DNA from: Limnochordales bacterium
GTDB taxonomy: Bacteria; Bacillota; Limnochordia; Limnochordales; ZCTH02-B6
Assembly (NCBI GenBank): GCA_035304545.1
Contig: DATGPV010000054.1
Span: 196,606 to 260,605, forward strand
Reading direction: 5' to 3'
Length of the DNA stretch: 64,000 nt
The translations under genes were made by a program, and so were the position numbers. The notes under the pieces are model-generated. The model had not been told where the DNA came from, ran no database searches, and worked only from the letters and a program-made list of their open reading frames with translations. This document shows, piece after piece, positions 8,869 through 17,462 of the stretch. Every line of letters starts with the position of its first letter. Position 1 is the stretch's first letter.

Positions 8869-11274
8869 ATGCCCGCACCCATTCGCTCCGCCGCGGTGCT
8901 GGGCGCCGGCACCATGGGCGCCCAGATCGCGGCCCACCTGGCCAACCAGGGCATCCCTTGCCTGCTGTTGGATATGGTACCCGCCGACGGGGCCGACGGC
9001 GACCGCAGCGGCCTGGCCAAGGCCGCCCTGGAGCGGCTGCCCAAGATCAAGCCGGCGCCGCTGTACACCCCCGACAAGCTGGCCCTGATCACGCCCGGCA
9101 ACTTTGAGGACGATCTGCACCGCCTCGGGGAAGTGGATTGGGTCATCGAGGCGGTGGTGGAAGACTTGGACATCAAGCGCCAGCTCTGGCAAAGGGCGGC
9201 GCCCCACCTCAAGCCCGGCGCCATCGCCAGCACCAATACGTCCGGGATCCCGATCCACCAGATCGCGGCGGGCATGACCGACGACTTCCGCCGCCGATTT
9301 CTGGGCACCCACTTCTTTAACCCGCCCCGCTACCTTTACCTCCTGGAGGTGATCCCCACCGCCGACACGGACCCGGCGGTGGTGGCGGCCATCACCGAGT
9401 TCGGCGAGCGGGTGCTGGGCAAGGGGGTCGTCATCGCCAAGGACACCCCCAACTTCATCGCCAACCGCATCGGCACCTACGGGCTCATGGAAAGCATCCG
9501 CACCATGCTCGAGATGGGACTGCGGCCCGACGACGTGGACGCCATCACGGGCCCCGTCATGGGCCGGCCCAAGAGCGCCACCTTCCGCACCCTGGACCTG
9601 GTGGGCCTGGACGTGGTGGCCTTTGTGGCCGGCAACCTGCGGCACGCGGCGGCCGAAGACTGGGAGCGGGAAGCCTTCGTGCTGCCCGGCGTGCTCCAGG
9701 AGCTCCTGGAGCGCCGGTGGCTGGGGGAAAAGAGCGGCCAAGGCTTTTACAAGCGCATCAAAAAGGACGGCCAGACGGAGATCTTGGTGCTGGACGTCGA
9801 GACCTTCGAGTACGTCCCCCGCCGGCGGCTGGGGGCACCCTCCCTGGCCGCGGTGCGCGGCATCGACGACGTCCGGGAACGGCTGCGGCGGCTGGTGCAG
9901 GCCGACGACGAGGCCGGCCGCTTTGCCTGGACGGTGCTCAAGAAGACCCTCCTCTATGCCGCCCGCAAGGTGGATGAGATCGCGGACGACATCGTCAGCG
10001 TCGACCGGGCCATGCGCTGGGGCTTCGGTTGGGAGTTGGGCCCCTTTGAGGCCTGGGACGCCATCGGCCTTAAGGAATCCGTCGCCCGCATGGAAAAGGA
10101 GGGCGAATCCATTCCCGCGTGGGTCGCGGCCTTGGCCCAGAGCGCCACGCCCGCGTTTTACCCCGTGGTGGACGGGCACCTGCACCAGGCTACCCCCCGC
10201 GGCCCGTTCCGCCCGGTGCCGGTTCGGCCCCGCACCATCACCGTGGCCCAGCTCCAGGCGGGCCAGCGGGTGATCCAGGCCACTCCCGGCGCGACTTTGT
10301 ACGATATGGGCGACGAGGTGGCCCTGGTGGATTTCCACTCGCCCAAACAGGCCATCGGCGAAGACTTTGTGCGGCTGCTGTGGGCCGCTATGGAGCGGGT
10401 GCGCCAGGATTTCCGGGGCCTGGTCATCGGCAGCCACGTGCAGCCCCACTTCTCCGTGGGCGCCAACCTGGCGCTCATCTTGATGGCGGCCCAGGACGGC
10501 GAGTGGGACGACATCGACCTGATGGTGCGCCAGTTCCAGCAGGTCAACATGGCCTTAAAATACTTGGAGCGGCCGGTGGTGGTGGCCCCTTACGGCATGA
10601 CCTTGGGCGGCGGCGCGGAAGTCACCTTCGCGGCCGACCATGTGGTCGCGGCCGCGGAGACGTACATGGGCCTGGTGGAGGTGGGGGCGGGGGTCATCCC
10701 CGGCGGCGGCGGCTGCAAGGAGATGCTCATCCGCTTTTTGGAAGGCCAGCCGGGCGTCCTGGAAACGCCCCCGGCCGGTGGGGCGGGGATGCAGACGCCC
10801 ATCGACCTGCAGCCTCTGGTCAACCGGGCCTTTGAAGTCATCGGCACCGCCAAGGTGTCCACCAGCGGGCCCGAAGCCCAGCAGCTGCGCTACCTGCGGC
10901 CCCGGGACACCATCGTGGCCAACCGGGACCACCTATGGCACGAAGCCAAGCAAGCCGTGCTGGCCCTGGACGCGGCCGGCTACCGGCCGCCGGTGCCGCC
11001 CCAGATCCCGGTGCTGGGTCCCGACGGGCGCGCGGTGCTGGAGCTGGCCGCCCAGCAGTTGTATTGGTCGGGCTACGCGACGGAGCACGACCTCACCATC
11101 GCCCGGAAGCTGGCCTACGTGCTGACCGGCGGGCCGCTGCCCGCGGGCACCCGGGTCAGCGAGCAATACTTGTTGGACCTGGAACGGGAAGCCTTCTTGA
11201 GCCTGTGCGGCCACCCCAAGAGCGTGGCCCGGATGCAGCACATCCTGGCCACGGGCAAACCGCTGCGCAACTAG
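8869..11274 (+). CDS. fadN: bifunctional 3-hydroxyacyl-CoA dehydrogenase / enoyl-CoA hydratase (FadN type)
   Basis: The ATG at 8869 follows GAAGGAGGAAAC. The N-terminal Rossmann motif is AAVLGAGTMGAQIAAHLA, and the C-terminal half is crotonase-like. At about 800 aa it matches B. subtilis FadN in length. Confidence 0.9.
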   Translation: MPAPIRSAAVLGAGTMGAQIAAHLANQGIPCLLLDMVPADGADGDRSGLAKAALERLPKIKPAPLYTPDKLALITPGNFEDDLHRLGEVDWVIEAVVEDLDIKRQLWQRAAPHLKPGAIASTNTSGIPIHQIAAGMTDDFRRRFLGTHFFNPPRYLYLLEVIPTADTDPAVVAAITEFGERVLGKGVVIAKDTPNFIANRIGTYGLMESIRTMLEMGLRPDDVDAITGPVMGRPKSATFRTLDLVGLDVVAFVAGNLRHAAAEDWEREAFVLPGVLQELLERRWLGEKSGQGFYKRIKKDGQTEILVLDVETFEYVPRRRLGAPSLAAVRGIDDVRERLRRLVQADDEAGRFAWTVLKKTLLYAARKVDEIADDIVSVDRAMRWGFGWELGPFEAWDAIGLKESVARMEKEGESIPAWVAALAQSATPAFYPVVDGHLHQATPRGPFRPVPVRPRTITVAQLQAGQRVIQATPGATLYDMGDEVALVDFHSPKQAIGEDFVRLLWAAMERVRQDFRGLVIGSHVQPHFSVGANLALILMAAQDGEWDDIDLMVRQFQQVNMALKYLERPVVVAPYGMTLGGGAEVTFAADHVVAAAETYMGLVEVGAGVIPGGGGCKEMLIRFLEGQPGVLETPPAGGAGMQTPIDLQPLVNRAFEVIGTAKVSTSGPEAQQLRYLRPRDTIVANRDHLWHEAKQAVLALDAAGYRPPVPPQIPVLGPDGRAVLELAAQQLYWSGYATEHDLTIARKLAYVLTGGPLPAGTRVSEQYLLDLEREAFLSLCGHPKSVARMQHILATGKPLRN

Positions 11275-11292
11275 CGGAAGGAGTGATCCACG

Positions 11293-12486
11293 GTGCGCGA
11301 GGCCGTGATCGTGGCGGGCGTGCGGACACCCATCGGCAAAGCCCACAGAGGAACGTTAAAAGACGTGCGGCCCGACGACCTGGCCGCCCTGGTGATCCGG
11401 GAAGCTTTGCGCCGCGCTCCCGGGGTGGCGCCCGACATGGTGGACGACGTCATCCTGGGCTGCGCCATGCCGGAGGGCGAGCAAGGGCTCAACATCGCCC
11501 GCATTGCGTCGGTGCTGGCGGGGCTGCCCACGTCGGTGCCCGGGTTTACCGTCAACCGCTTCTGCTCGTCGGGCCTGCAGGCCATCGCCCTGGCTGCGGA
11601 GCGCATCATGGTGGGGCAAGCCGACGTCATCATCGCCGGCGGCGTGGAGAGCATGAGCCGGGTGCCCATGACCGGCTTTAAGCTGGCGCCCAATCCCGGG
11701 CTGATGCAGACGGCGCCCGAAGTCTATATGGGCATGGGCCTCACGGCCGAAAGGGTGGCGGAAAAGTACAACGTGAGCCGGGAAGAGCAGGACGCCTTTG
11801 CCCTGGCGAGCCACCGGCGGGCCGCCGCGGCCATCGACGGGGGCAAGTTTATCGACGAGATCGTGCCGGTGCCGGTCCAGCGCGTCACCTTTGACGGGAA
11901 GCGGGCCGTGACCGAGACCGTCACCTTTGACACCGACGAAGGTGTCCGTCGGGACACGTCCATGGAAGCCCTCGCGAACTTGCGGCCCGCCTTCAAGCAG
12001 GGCGGCACCGTCACCGCCGGCAATGCGTCGCAGACCAGCGACGGCGCGGCTGCGGTGGTGGTCATGGCCGCGGATCAGGCCGAGGCGCTGGGCCTTTCGC
12101 CCATGGCCGTCTACCGCTCCTTTGCCGTGGGAGGCGTCGACCCGGACATCATGGGCATCGGACCCGTAGAGGCGGTGCCCAAGGCACTGAAGCTCGCGGG
12201 CATCACTTTGGACGATGTGGACCTTATTGAGCTTAACGAGGCCTTCGCCGCCCAGGCCTTGCCGGTCATGCGGCAGCTGGGCATGGACCACGCCAAAGTC
12301 AACGTCAACGGCGGCGCCATCGCCCTGGGACATCCGCTGGGCTGCACCGGTGCCCGCCAGACGGTGACGCTGATGTACGAGGCGGCCCGGCGCGGCGCCC
12401 GCTACGGCCTCGTCACCATGTGCATCGGCGGCGGCATGGGCGCGGCCGGGGTATTCGAATTCGTCAACGGAAAGGCGGATGCATGA
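11293..12486 (+). CDS. fadA: acetyl-CoA C-acyltransferase (3-ketoacyl-CoA thiolase)
   Basis: The GTG start follows GGAAGGAGTG. Thiolase motifs are present: [11 protein letters not shown] (active-site Cys), [17 protein letters not shown] and CIGGGMG. Confidence 0.9.
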   Translation: MREAVIVAGVRTPIGKAHRGTLKDVRPDDLAALVIREALRRAPGVAPDMVDDVILGCAMPEGEQGLNIARIASVLAGLPTSVPGFTVNRFCSSGLQAIALAAERIMVGQADVIIAGGVESMSRVPMTGFKLAPNPGLMQTAPEVYMGMGLTAERVAEKYNVSREEQDAFALASHRRAAAAIDGGKFIDEIVPVPVQRVTFDGKRAVTETVTFDTDEGVRRDTSMEALANLRPAFKQGGTVTAGNASQTSDGAAAVVVMAADQAEALGLSPMAVYRSFAVGGVDPDIMGIGPVEAVPKALKLAGITLDDVDLIELNEAFAAQALPVMRQLGMDHAKVNVNGGAIALGHPLGCTGARQTVTLMYEAARRGARYGLVTMCIGGGMGAAGVFEFVNGKADA

Positions 12487-14270
12487 TGGCCCAGGAGACG
12501 ACCCTTTACCAGCGGGGCGGCGGGTTTTTGTTGGGCTTGCCTGCCGCGGCCGAGGTGTTCACGCCGGAGGATCTGGACGCGCAACAGCGCCTCATCGGGG
12601 AGACGGCCGCCGGTTTCGGCAAGGAACAGGTGGCGCCCCTCTTGGAAAAGATCGAAAACAGGGAACACGAGCACTCGGTGGCCCTTATGCGCCAAGCGGG
12701 CGAACTGGGCCTGCTGGGCATCGACATTCCCACCGCGTACGGCGGGCTGGGCCTGAGCACCACCACCTCCACCCTGGTCACCGAGGTGCTGGGCCGCTAC
12801 GCGGGGGCCTTCAGCTTGACCTTCGGCGCCCACACGGGCATCGGCACCCTCCCCATCGTGTACTTCGGCAACGAAGACCAGAAGCGGCGCTATTTGCCCA
12901 AGCTGGCCAGCGGCCAGTGGATCGCCGCCTACGCCCTGACGGAGCCCGATGCCGGCTCCGATGCCCTGGCGGCCAAGACCACCGCGACGCTGTCCGAGGA
13001 CGGCCAGCACTACATCCTCAACGGCCAGAAGCAGTGGATCACCAACGGCAGCTTCGCCGACGTCTTCATCGTCTATGCCCGGGTCAACCGGCGGTTGACC
13101 GCCTTCATCGTGCCCCGCACCCTGGAAGGCGTCAGCGTGGGCCCGGAAGTGGACAAGATGGGCATCAAGGGCTCCTCCACGGTGATGGTGTACTTGGACA
13201 ACGTCAAGGTGCCCGTGGCCGACGTCCTGGGCCAAGTGGACCGGGGCCACGTCATCGCCTTCAACGTCCTGAACCTGGGCCGGTGGAAGCTGGCCGCGGG
13301 GGCGTTGGGCGCCTGCAAGGCCCTGCTGGAAGTGTCCGCCAAGTACGCCCTCGAGCGGCGGCAGTTCAACGCGCCCATCGCGTCCTTCCCCCTCATCCAG
13401 CAAAAGCTGGCCGCCATGGCCGCCCGCACCTTCGCGCTGGAGAGCATGGTCTACCGCACCGCCGGGCAGCTGACCGACGCCTTGCACGGTCTGGACCTGG
13501 ACCAGGACGTCAGCCAGCCAGCCGGCGCCGCCATCAGCCAGTTTGCCGTCGAAGCCTCCATCAATAAAGTGTTCGGGTCGGAAGTGCTGGACTTTGTGGC
13601 CGACGAGGCAGTGCAGATCCACGGCGGCTACGGGTACATGCAGGGGTACGTGGTGGAGCGGGCCTACCGGGACGCCCGCATCAACCGCATCTTTGAAGGC
13701 ACCAATGAGATCAACCGGCTGCTCATCCCCGGCACCTTGCTGCGGCGCACCCTCAAGGGCGAGCTGCCCCTCATGGAAGCCCTGCAGGAGCTGCAGCGGG
13801 AGCTGAGCCAGTTCATTCCCAGCCTGGGCGAGGCGGCCGCGGCCAGCGACGATCCCTTGGCCGAGGAGAGGCGCCTACTGGAGGGCCTGCGCAAGTTGAC
13901 CTTGATGGTCGCGGGCCTGGCCGTGCAAAAGCACATGGAAAAGCTGGAGCAGGAGCAGGAGCTCTTGGCGGCCGCAGCCGACTTGGGGATCGGGCTCTAC
14001 GCGGCCCAGAGCACCCTTTTGCGCACTGAAAAGGCCGGGTACCCCCCGCTCATGACGGACATGACCCGGCTCTTTGTCCACGCCGTGCTGGACGAGGCCG
14101 ACGTCATCGCCCGCCGGGCCTTGGCCGCGCTGGAAGAGGGCGACGGGCTGCGAGTGCAGCTGGGCATCGCCCGGCGCCTGACCCGCCGGGATCCCATCAA
14201 CAGTGTAGCCCTTGGTCGAGCCGTGGCCGCCCGGGTGCTGGAAGCCGAAGGCTACCCTGTGCCGGCCTAA
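12483..14270 (+). CDS. fadE: acyl-CoA dehydrogenase (long FadE type)
   Basis: The ATG at 12483 overlaps the fadA stop (ATGA). Motifs include [18 protein letters not shown], and [33 protein letters not shown], plus a C-terminal extension typical of about 590-aa FadE proteins. Confidence 0.9.
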   Translation: MMAQETTLYQRGGGFLLGLPAAAEVFTPEDLDAQQRLIGETAAGFGKEQVAPLLEKIENREHEHSVALMRQAGELGLLGIDIPTAYGGLGLSTTTSTLVTEVLGRYAGAFSLTFGAHTGIGTLPIVYFGNEDQKRRYLPKLASGQWIAAYALTEPDAGSDALAAKTTATLSEDGQHYILNGQKQWITNGSFADVFIVYARVNRRLTAFIVPRTLEGVSVGPEVDKMGIKGSSTVMVYLDNVKVPVADVLGQVDRGHVIAFNVLNLGRWKLAAGALGACKALLEVSAKYALERRQFNAPIASFPLIQQKLAAMAARTFALESMVYRTAGQLTDALHGLDLDQDVSQPAGAAISQFAVEASINKVFGSEVLDFVADEAVQIHGGYGYMQGYVVERAYRDARINRIFEGTNEINRLLIPGTLLRRTLKGELPLMEALQELQRELSQFIPSLGEAAAASDDPLAEERRLLEGLRKLTLMVAGLAVQKHMEKLEQEQELLAAAADLGIGLYAAQSTLLRTEKAGYPPLMTDMTRLFVHAVLDEADVIARRALAALEEGDGLRVQLGIARRLTRRDPINSVALGRAVAARVLEAEGYPVPA

Positions 14271-14343
14271 AGGGACCAGGCCCTCTTCCCCTGCCCGGTC
14301 TTGCGGAACCTGCCCCCCAACCCCGCGGCGTCCGTCGCCCCTG

Positions 14344-14366
14344 GGCGGCGGGCGCCGCCTTTCCTT
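14344..14366 (+). terminator. candidate intrinsic terminator after fadE
   Basis: GGCGGC-GGGC-GCCGCC forms a hairpin (6-bp stem, 4-nt loop) followed by TTTCCTT. It lies in the convergent gap between fadE and mrpG. Confidence 0.4.
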
Positions 14367-14383
14367 GGCTGCCGCCCGTCGGG

Positions 14384-14746
14384 CTACTCCACCGCTTCCT
14401 TGTGCTCCATGTGCCGGGCTTCCGCGTCGTCCCGCACGTAGTTGACCGCCGGCTTCACGTTGGTGATGTAGGCGGCCCGGGCCAGCATTTCGGTGCTCAA
14501 GGGCACCGTCAGGAAGAGCACGATCAAGGCGATGACGGGTTTCAGGAACACCTGCCCCAGTTCGACCGATAGGTACAACGCGCTCCCCAAAAGGACCGTG
14601 GCCACACCCACGGTAGACGGCACGCTGGCGGTGTGGACCCGGCTGAAGTAGTCGGAGACCCGGGCCACCCCGATGGCGCCGGCCAAAATGAGAAAGGCCC
14701 CCAAAAGCAGCAGCAGGCTAGTGAGAATCTCGATCAATGATGTCAC
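14384..14746 (-). CDS. mrpG: Na+/H+ antiporter subunit G
   Basis: The 120-aa product is a three-helix membrane protein (LLLLLGAFLILAGAIGVARVSDYFSRVHTAS). It is the last gene of the mrp operon. Confidence 0.85.
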   Translation of the reverse strand: MTSLIEILTSLLLLLGAFLILAGAIGVARVSDYFSRVHTASVPSTVGVATVLLGSALYLSVELGQVFLKPVIALIVLFLTVPLSTEMLARAAYITNVKPAVNYVRDDAEARHMEHKEAVE

Positions 14747-15002
14747 CCTTTACGATGAACTTGGCCACCACTACGCTGACCACAAAGGGCACCAGAGAGA
14801 TCATGATAGCCAGATCAAAGTGAACGGGCGTCTTGTCCTGGACGGCCAGCACCGCGATCAGCGCGATAAGGAAGGCGGAAAAGGTGTCAAAGGCCACTGT
14901 CCGGTCCAGCACCGTGGGCCCGATGAACACCCGCAGGGCGCTCAGCAGGAGGGCCGCCGCCACCATGGCCTGGGCCACGGCCACCGACCACGCCAGCATC
15001 AT
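14718..15002 (-). CDS. mrpF: Na+/H+ antiporter subunit F
   Basis: The 94-aa membrane protein (LRVFIGPTVLDRTVAFDTFSAFLIALIAVLAV) has a start overlapping the mrpE stop (ATGA). Confidence 0.85.
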   Translation of the reverse strand: MMLAWSVAVAQAMVAAALLLSALRVFIGPTVLDRTVAFDTFSAFLIALIAVLAVQDKTPVHFDLAIMISLVPFVVSVVVAKFIVKGDIIDRDSH

Positions 15003-15472
15003 TGAGTCACCTCCAGGAGCAAGTCTTCAAATAGCTCCTTGGACGCCCGCACCGACTCCATGTCGTTGAGGTCCAAGCAGTGGATGAAAATTTCGCTGCG
15101 GTCGGCACTGATGTCGATGGGCACCGCGCCCGGCGTCAAGGTCAGCATGTGGGTCAGGGCTGTGATGGCGGCGTCGGTTTCGAGGCGCAGGGGCAGCGCG
15201 ATGATGCCCGGCCGGTGTTGGAGCCGGGGCGCCAGGGAGATGCGGACCACAAACGCGCCCGACACCACCACCACCCAGAGAAAGACCAGGACGAAGCGGA
15301 TCAGGGCCACCACCCGCTTGAGGTAAAAGGGCTGGTGGGTCCCCTTGGTCAGCGCGTACAAAATCGCGCCGCCGATGATGAGCCCCGCGACAAAATGAAA
15401 CCCGGAAAAGTCCCCCCACATGGCCATCCACGCGAGGGCGAGCCCGATATGGATAGGCAGCTGGTGCCACAT
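14999..15472 (-). CDS. mrpE: Na+/H+ antiporter subunit E
   Basis: I trimmed the ORF to the ATG at 15472 (AAGGGGGAAGGG upstream). The start MWHQLPIHIGLALAWMAMWGDFS is MnhE-like, and its operon position fits. Confidence 0.8.
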   Translation of the reverse strand: MWHQLPIHIGLALAWMAMWGDFSGFHFVAGLIIGGAILYALTKGTHQPFYLKRVVALIRFVLVFLWVVVVSGAFVVRISLAPRLQHRPGIIALPLRLETDAAITALTHMLTLTPGAVPIDISADRSEIFIHCLDLNDMESVRASKELFEDLLLEVTQ

Positions 15473-15562
15473 GGACCCTTCCCCCTTTCGGCGGGGCACC
15501 TCAGGCCGGGGCCCGCCGCCCGGCGGGTTCCGGCCGTGCCCACGGGCCTCCGGTCCCCCGGC

Positions 15563-17116
15563 CTACGGTTCCAACGCGAAGGGCGGGACGAGGGCTGCCG
15601 TGGCCGCCCGCGTGTCGCCGCCCGGCGGGAATTGCCCCAGCACCGCTTGGATGTAAGCTTGGCCGTCCAGCAGCTGCTGGGCCGCCTCCAGGGCATAACC
15701 CAACACGTAGTGGGCACCGGCGCCCATGGCGGCGGAAAAGACTACCAAGACGACGATGGGCACCAACAGCGCTTGAAACTCCTGGCTGTCTTTATTGATG
15801 CGCCGGTCCCCCAGCACATCGCCCCAGAAGCTGAGCCGGAAGATCTTGATCATGGAGAACAGGGTGCCCAGTCCCACCGCCAGCGCGGTGGCCCCGCTGC
15901 CAAAGCGCCCGGCTTCCAGGGCCGCCTGCACCAGGGTCAGCTTGCCGAAAAAGCCCGACAAGGGAGGCACGCCCACCAGCGCCAAGGCCGCGACCAAAAA
16001 GAGCGCGCCCAACGCCCCGTGGGTGGTGAGCAGCCCCCCCATCCGCTTGAGGTTGGTCGTGCCCGTGACCCGCTCCGCGGCTCCGGCGCAGAGAAAGAGC
16101 ACGGTCTTGACGGCCATTTGGTGGGCCACAAAGACGATGGTGCCGGCGATGGCCAAGGGCGTGTACAGCGCGATGCCCAGGAGCATGTACCCGATCTGGC
16201 TGACGATGTGGTAGGACAAGATCCGCTTGAAATCGGTCTGGGCCACCGCCCCAATGATGCCCACCACCATGGTGATCAGGGCCAGGGGCAACAGCAGCCG
16301 ATGGTGGGTAAAGCCCACATCCTCCACAAACAGCAAAGTAAAGGTGCGCAACAGGGCGTATACGCCCACCTTGGACAAGACGCCGCCGAAAAAGCCCACG
16401 ATGGCCGTGGGGCCTGCGGTGTAGGCTTCGGGCAGCCACACGTGCAGGGGCACCATGGCCGCCTTGACGCCAAAGACCACCAGAAAGATGACGCCCAGGA
16501 CCGTCAGCCACCCGCCGGAATCCGACAGGCTGATGCGCACCGCGAGATCCGCCATGTTGAGGGTCCCGTAGGTGCGGTACAGCCCGGCCACGCCCAGGAG
16601 AAAGAACCCCGAGGACACATTGTTGATCAACGCGTACTTGAGGGTCTCCCGCAGCTGCATGGGCCGGCCCCCCAGGCTGATCAGGAGGTAGCTGGCCATG
16701 AGCATCAGCTCGAAGAAGACGAACAGGTTGAAGATGTCCCCGGTGAGAAAGGAGCCGTTGACGCCCACCAACAGGAACTGAAACGCAGCGTAGTAGAAGT
16801 GCTCTTCCTGCCGCCGTTCCAGGCTGTGAAAGGAAAAGAGCAGCACCGCCAGGGCCGCCACCGCGGTCACGGCAACGAAGGCCGCGCTGGTCAAGTCGGC
16901 CACCAAGGTGATGCCGAAGGGCGCCGGCCAGTTGCCGGCATAGAAGGTCTGGATGCCGCCGCTCCACACCCGGGCGGTAAGGACGCCAGCCGCCAGCAAA
17001 CCCGCGGCCACGGACACCAGGCTGATGGTGCGCTGCCATGTCCGCCGCCGGAAAAACAAGAGCAGCGCGCCCGTGATGAGGGGGAGCACCACCGGAGCCG
17101 CCACCAGGTTACTCAT
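15563..17116 (-). CDS. mrpD: Na+/H+ antiporter subunit D (NuoN/NuoM-like)
   Basis: I trimmed the ORF to the ATG at 17116, which overlaps the mrpC end by 8 nt. It is a polytopic proton-pumping subunit fold (LMLMASYLLISLGG, VPLHVWLPEAY). Confidence 0.9.
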   Translation of the reverse strand: MSNLVAAPVVLPLITGALLLFFRRRTWQRTISLVSVAAGLLAAGVLTARVWSGGIQTFYAGNWPAPFGITLVADLTSAAFVAVTAVAALAVLLFSFHSLERRQEEHFYYAAFQFLLVGVNGSFLTGDIFNLFVFFELMLMASYLLISLGGRPMQLRETLKYALINNVSSGFFLLGVAGLYRTYGTLNMADLAVRISLSDSGGWLTVLGVIFLVVFGVKAAMVPLHVWLPEAYTAGPTAIVGFFGGVLSKVGVYALLRTFTLLFVEDVGFTHHRLLLPLALITMVVGIIGAVAQTDFKRILSYHIVSQIGYMLLGIALYTPLAIAGTIVFVAHQMAVKTVLFLCAGAAERVTGTTNLKRMGGLLTTHGALGALFLVAALALVGVPPLSGFFGKLTLVQAALEAGRFGSGATALAVGLGTLFSMIKIFRLSFWGDVLGDRRINKDSQEFQALLVPIVVLVVFSAAMGAGAHYVLGYALEAAQQLLDGQAYIQAVLGQFPPGGDTRAATAALVPPFALEP

Positions 17117-17456
17117 GCTCCACCCCCGACAAGGACGCGACGTCCGTGGTCCTGTGCTCCTCAAAGGTCCGATACCCCAAGGCCAGGAGCAGCGCGAACA
17201 CGCCCAGGCCGATGACGATGGCCGTGAGAATCAGCGCCTGGGGAACCGGATCCATCATTGCCTGGGCCGGCACCCCGTCGCTGTTGAGGATGGGCGGTGC
17301 AGCCTTCTCCACGCCGCCCGCCATAAACAAGGCCAGATTGATGCCGTAGCTCAGCAGGACGCCCCCGAGGATGACCCGCAACAGTTCCCGGGTCAGCATC
17401 AAGTAGACAGCGGCGCCCACCACCACCGCCACCGTTGTGGCCAAGAGCAGCTCCAC
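17109..17456 (-). CDS. mrpC: Na+/H+ antiporter subunit C (NuoK-like)
   Basis: The 115-aa product has a GTG start and begins MELLLATTVAVVVGAAVYLMLTRELLRVILGGVLLSYGINLALF. Confidence 0.9.
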   Translation of the reverse strand: MELLLATTVAVVVGAAVYLMLTRELLRVILGGVLLSYGINLALFMAGGVEKAAPPILNSDGVPAQAMMDPVPQALILTAIVIGLGVFALLLALGYRTFEEHRTTDVASLSGVEHE

Positions 17457-17462
17457 CGGGCC

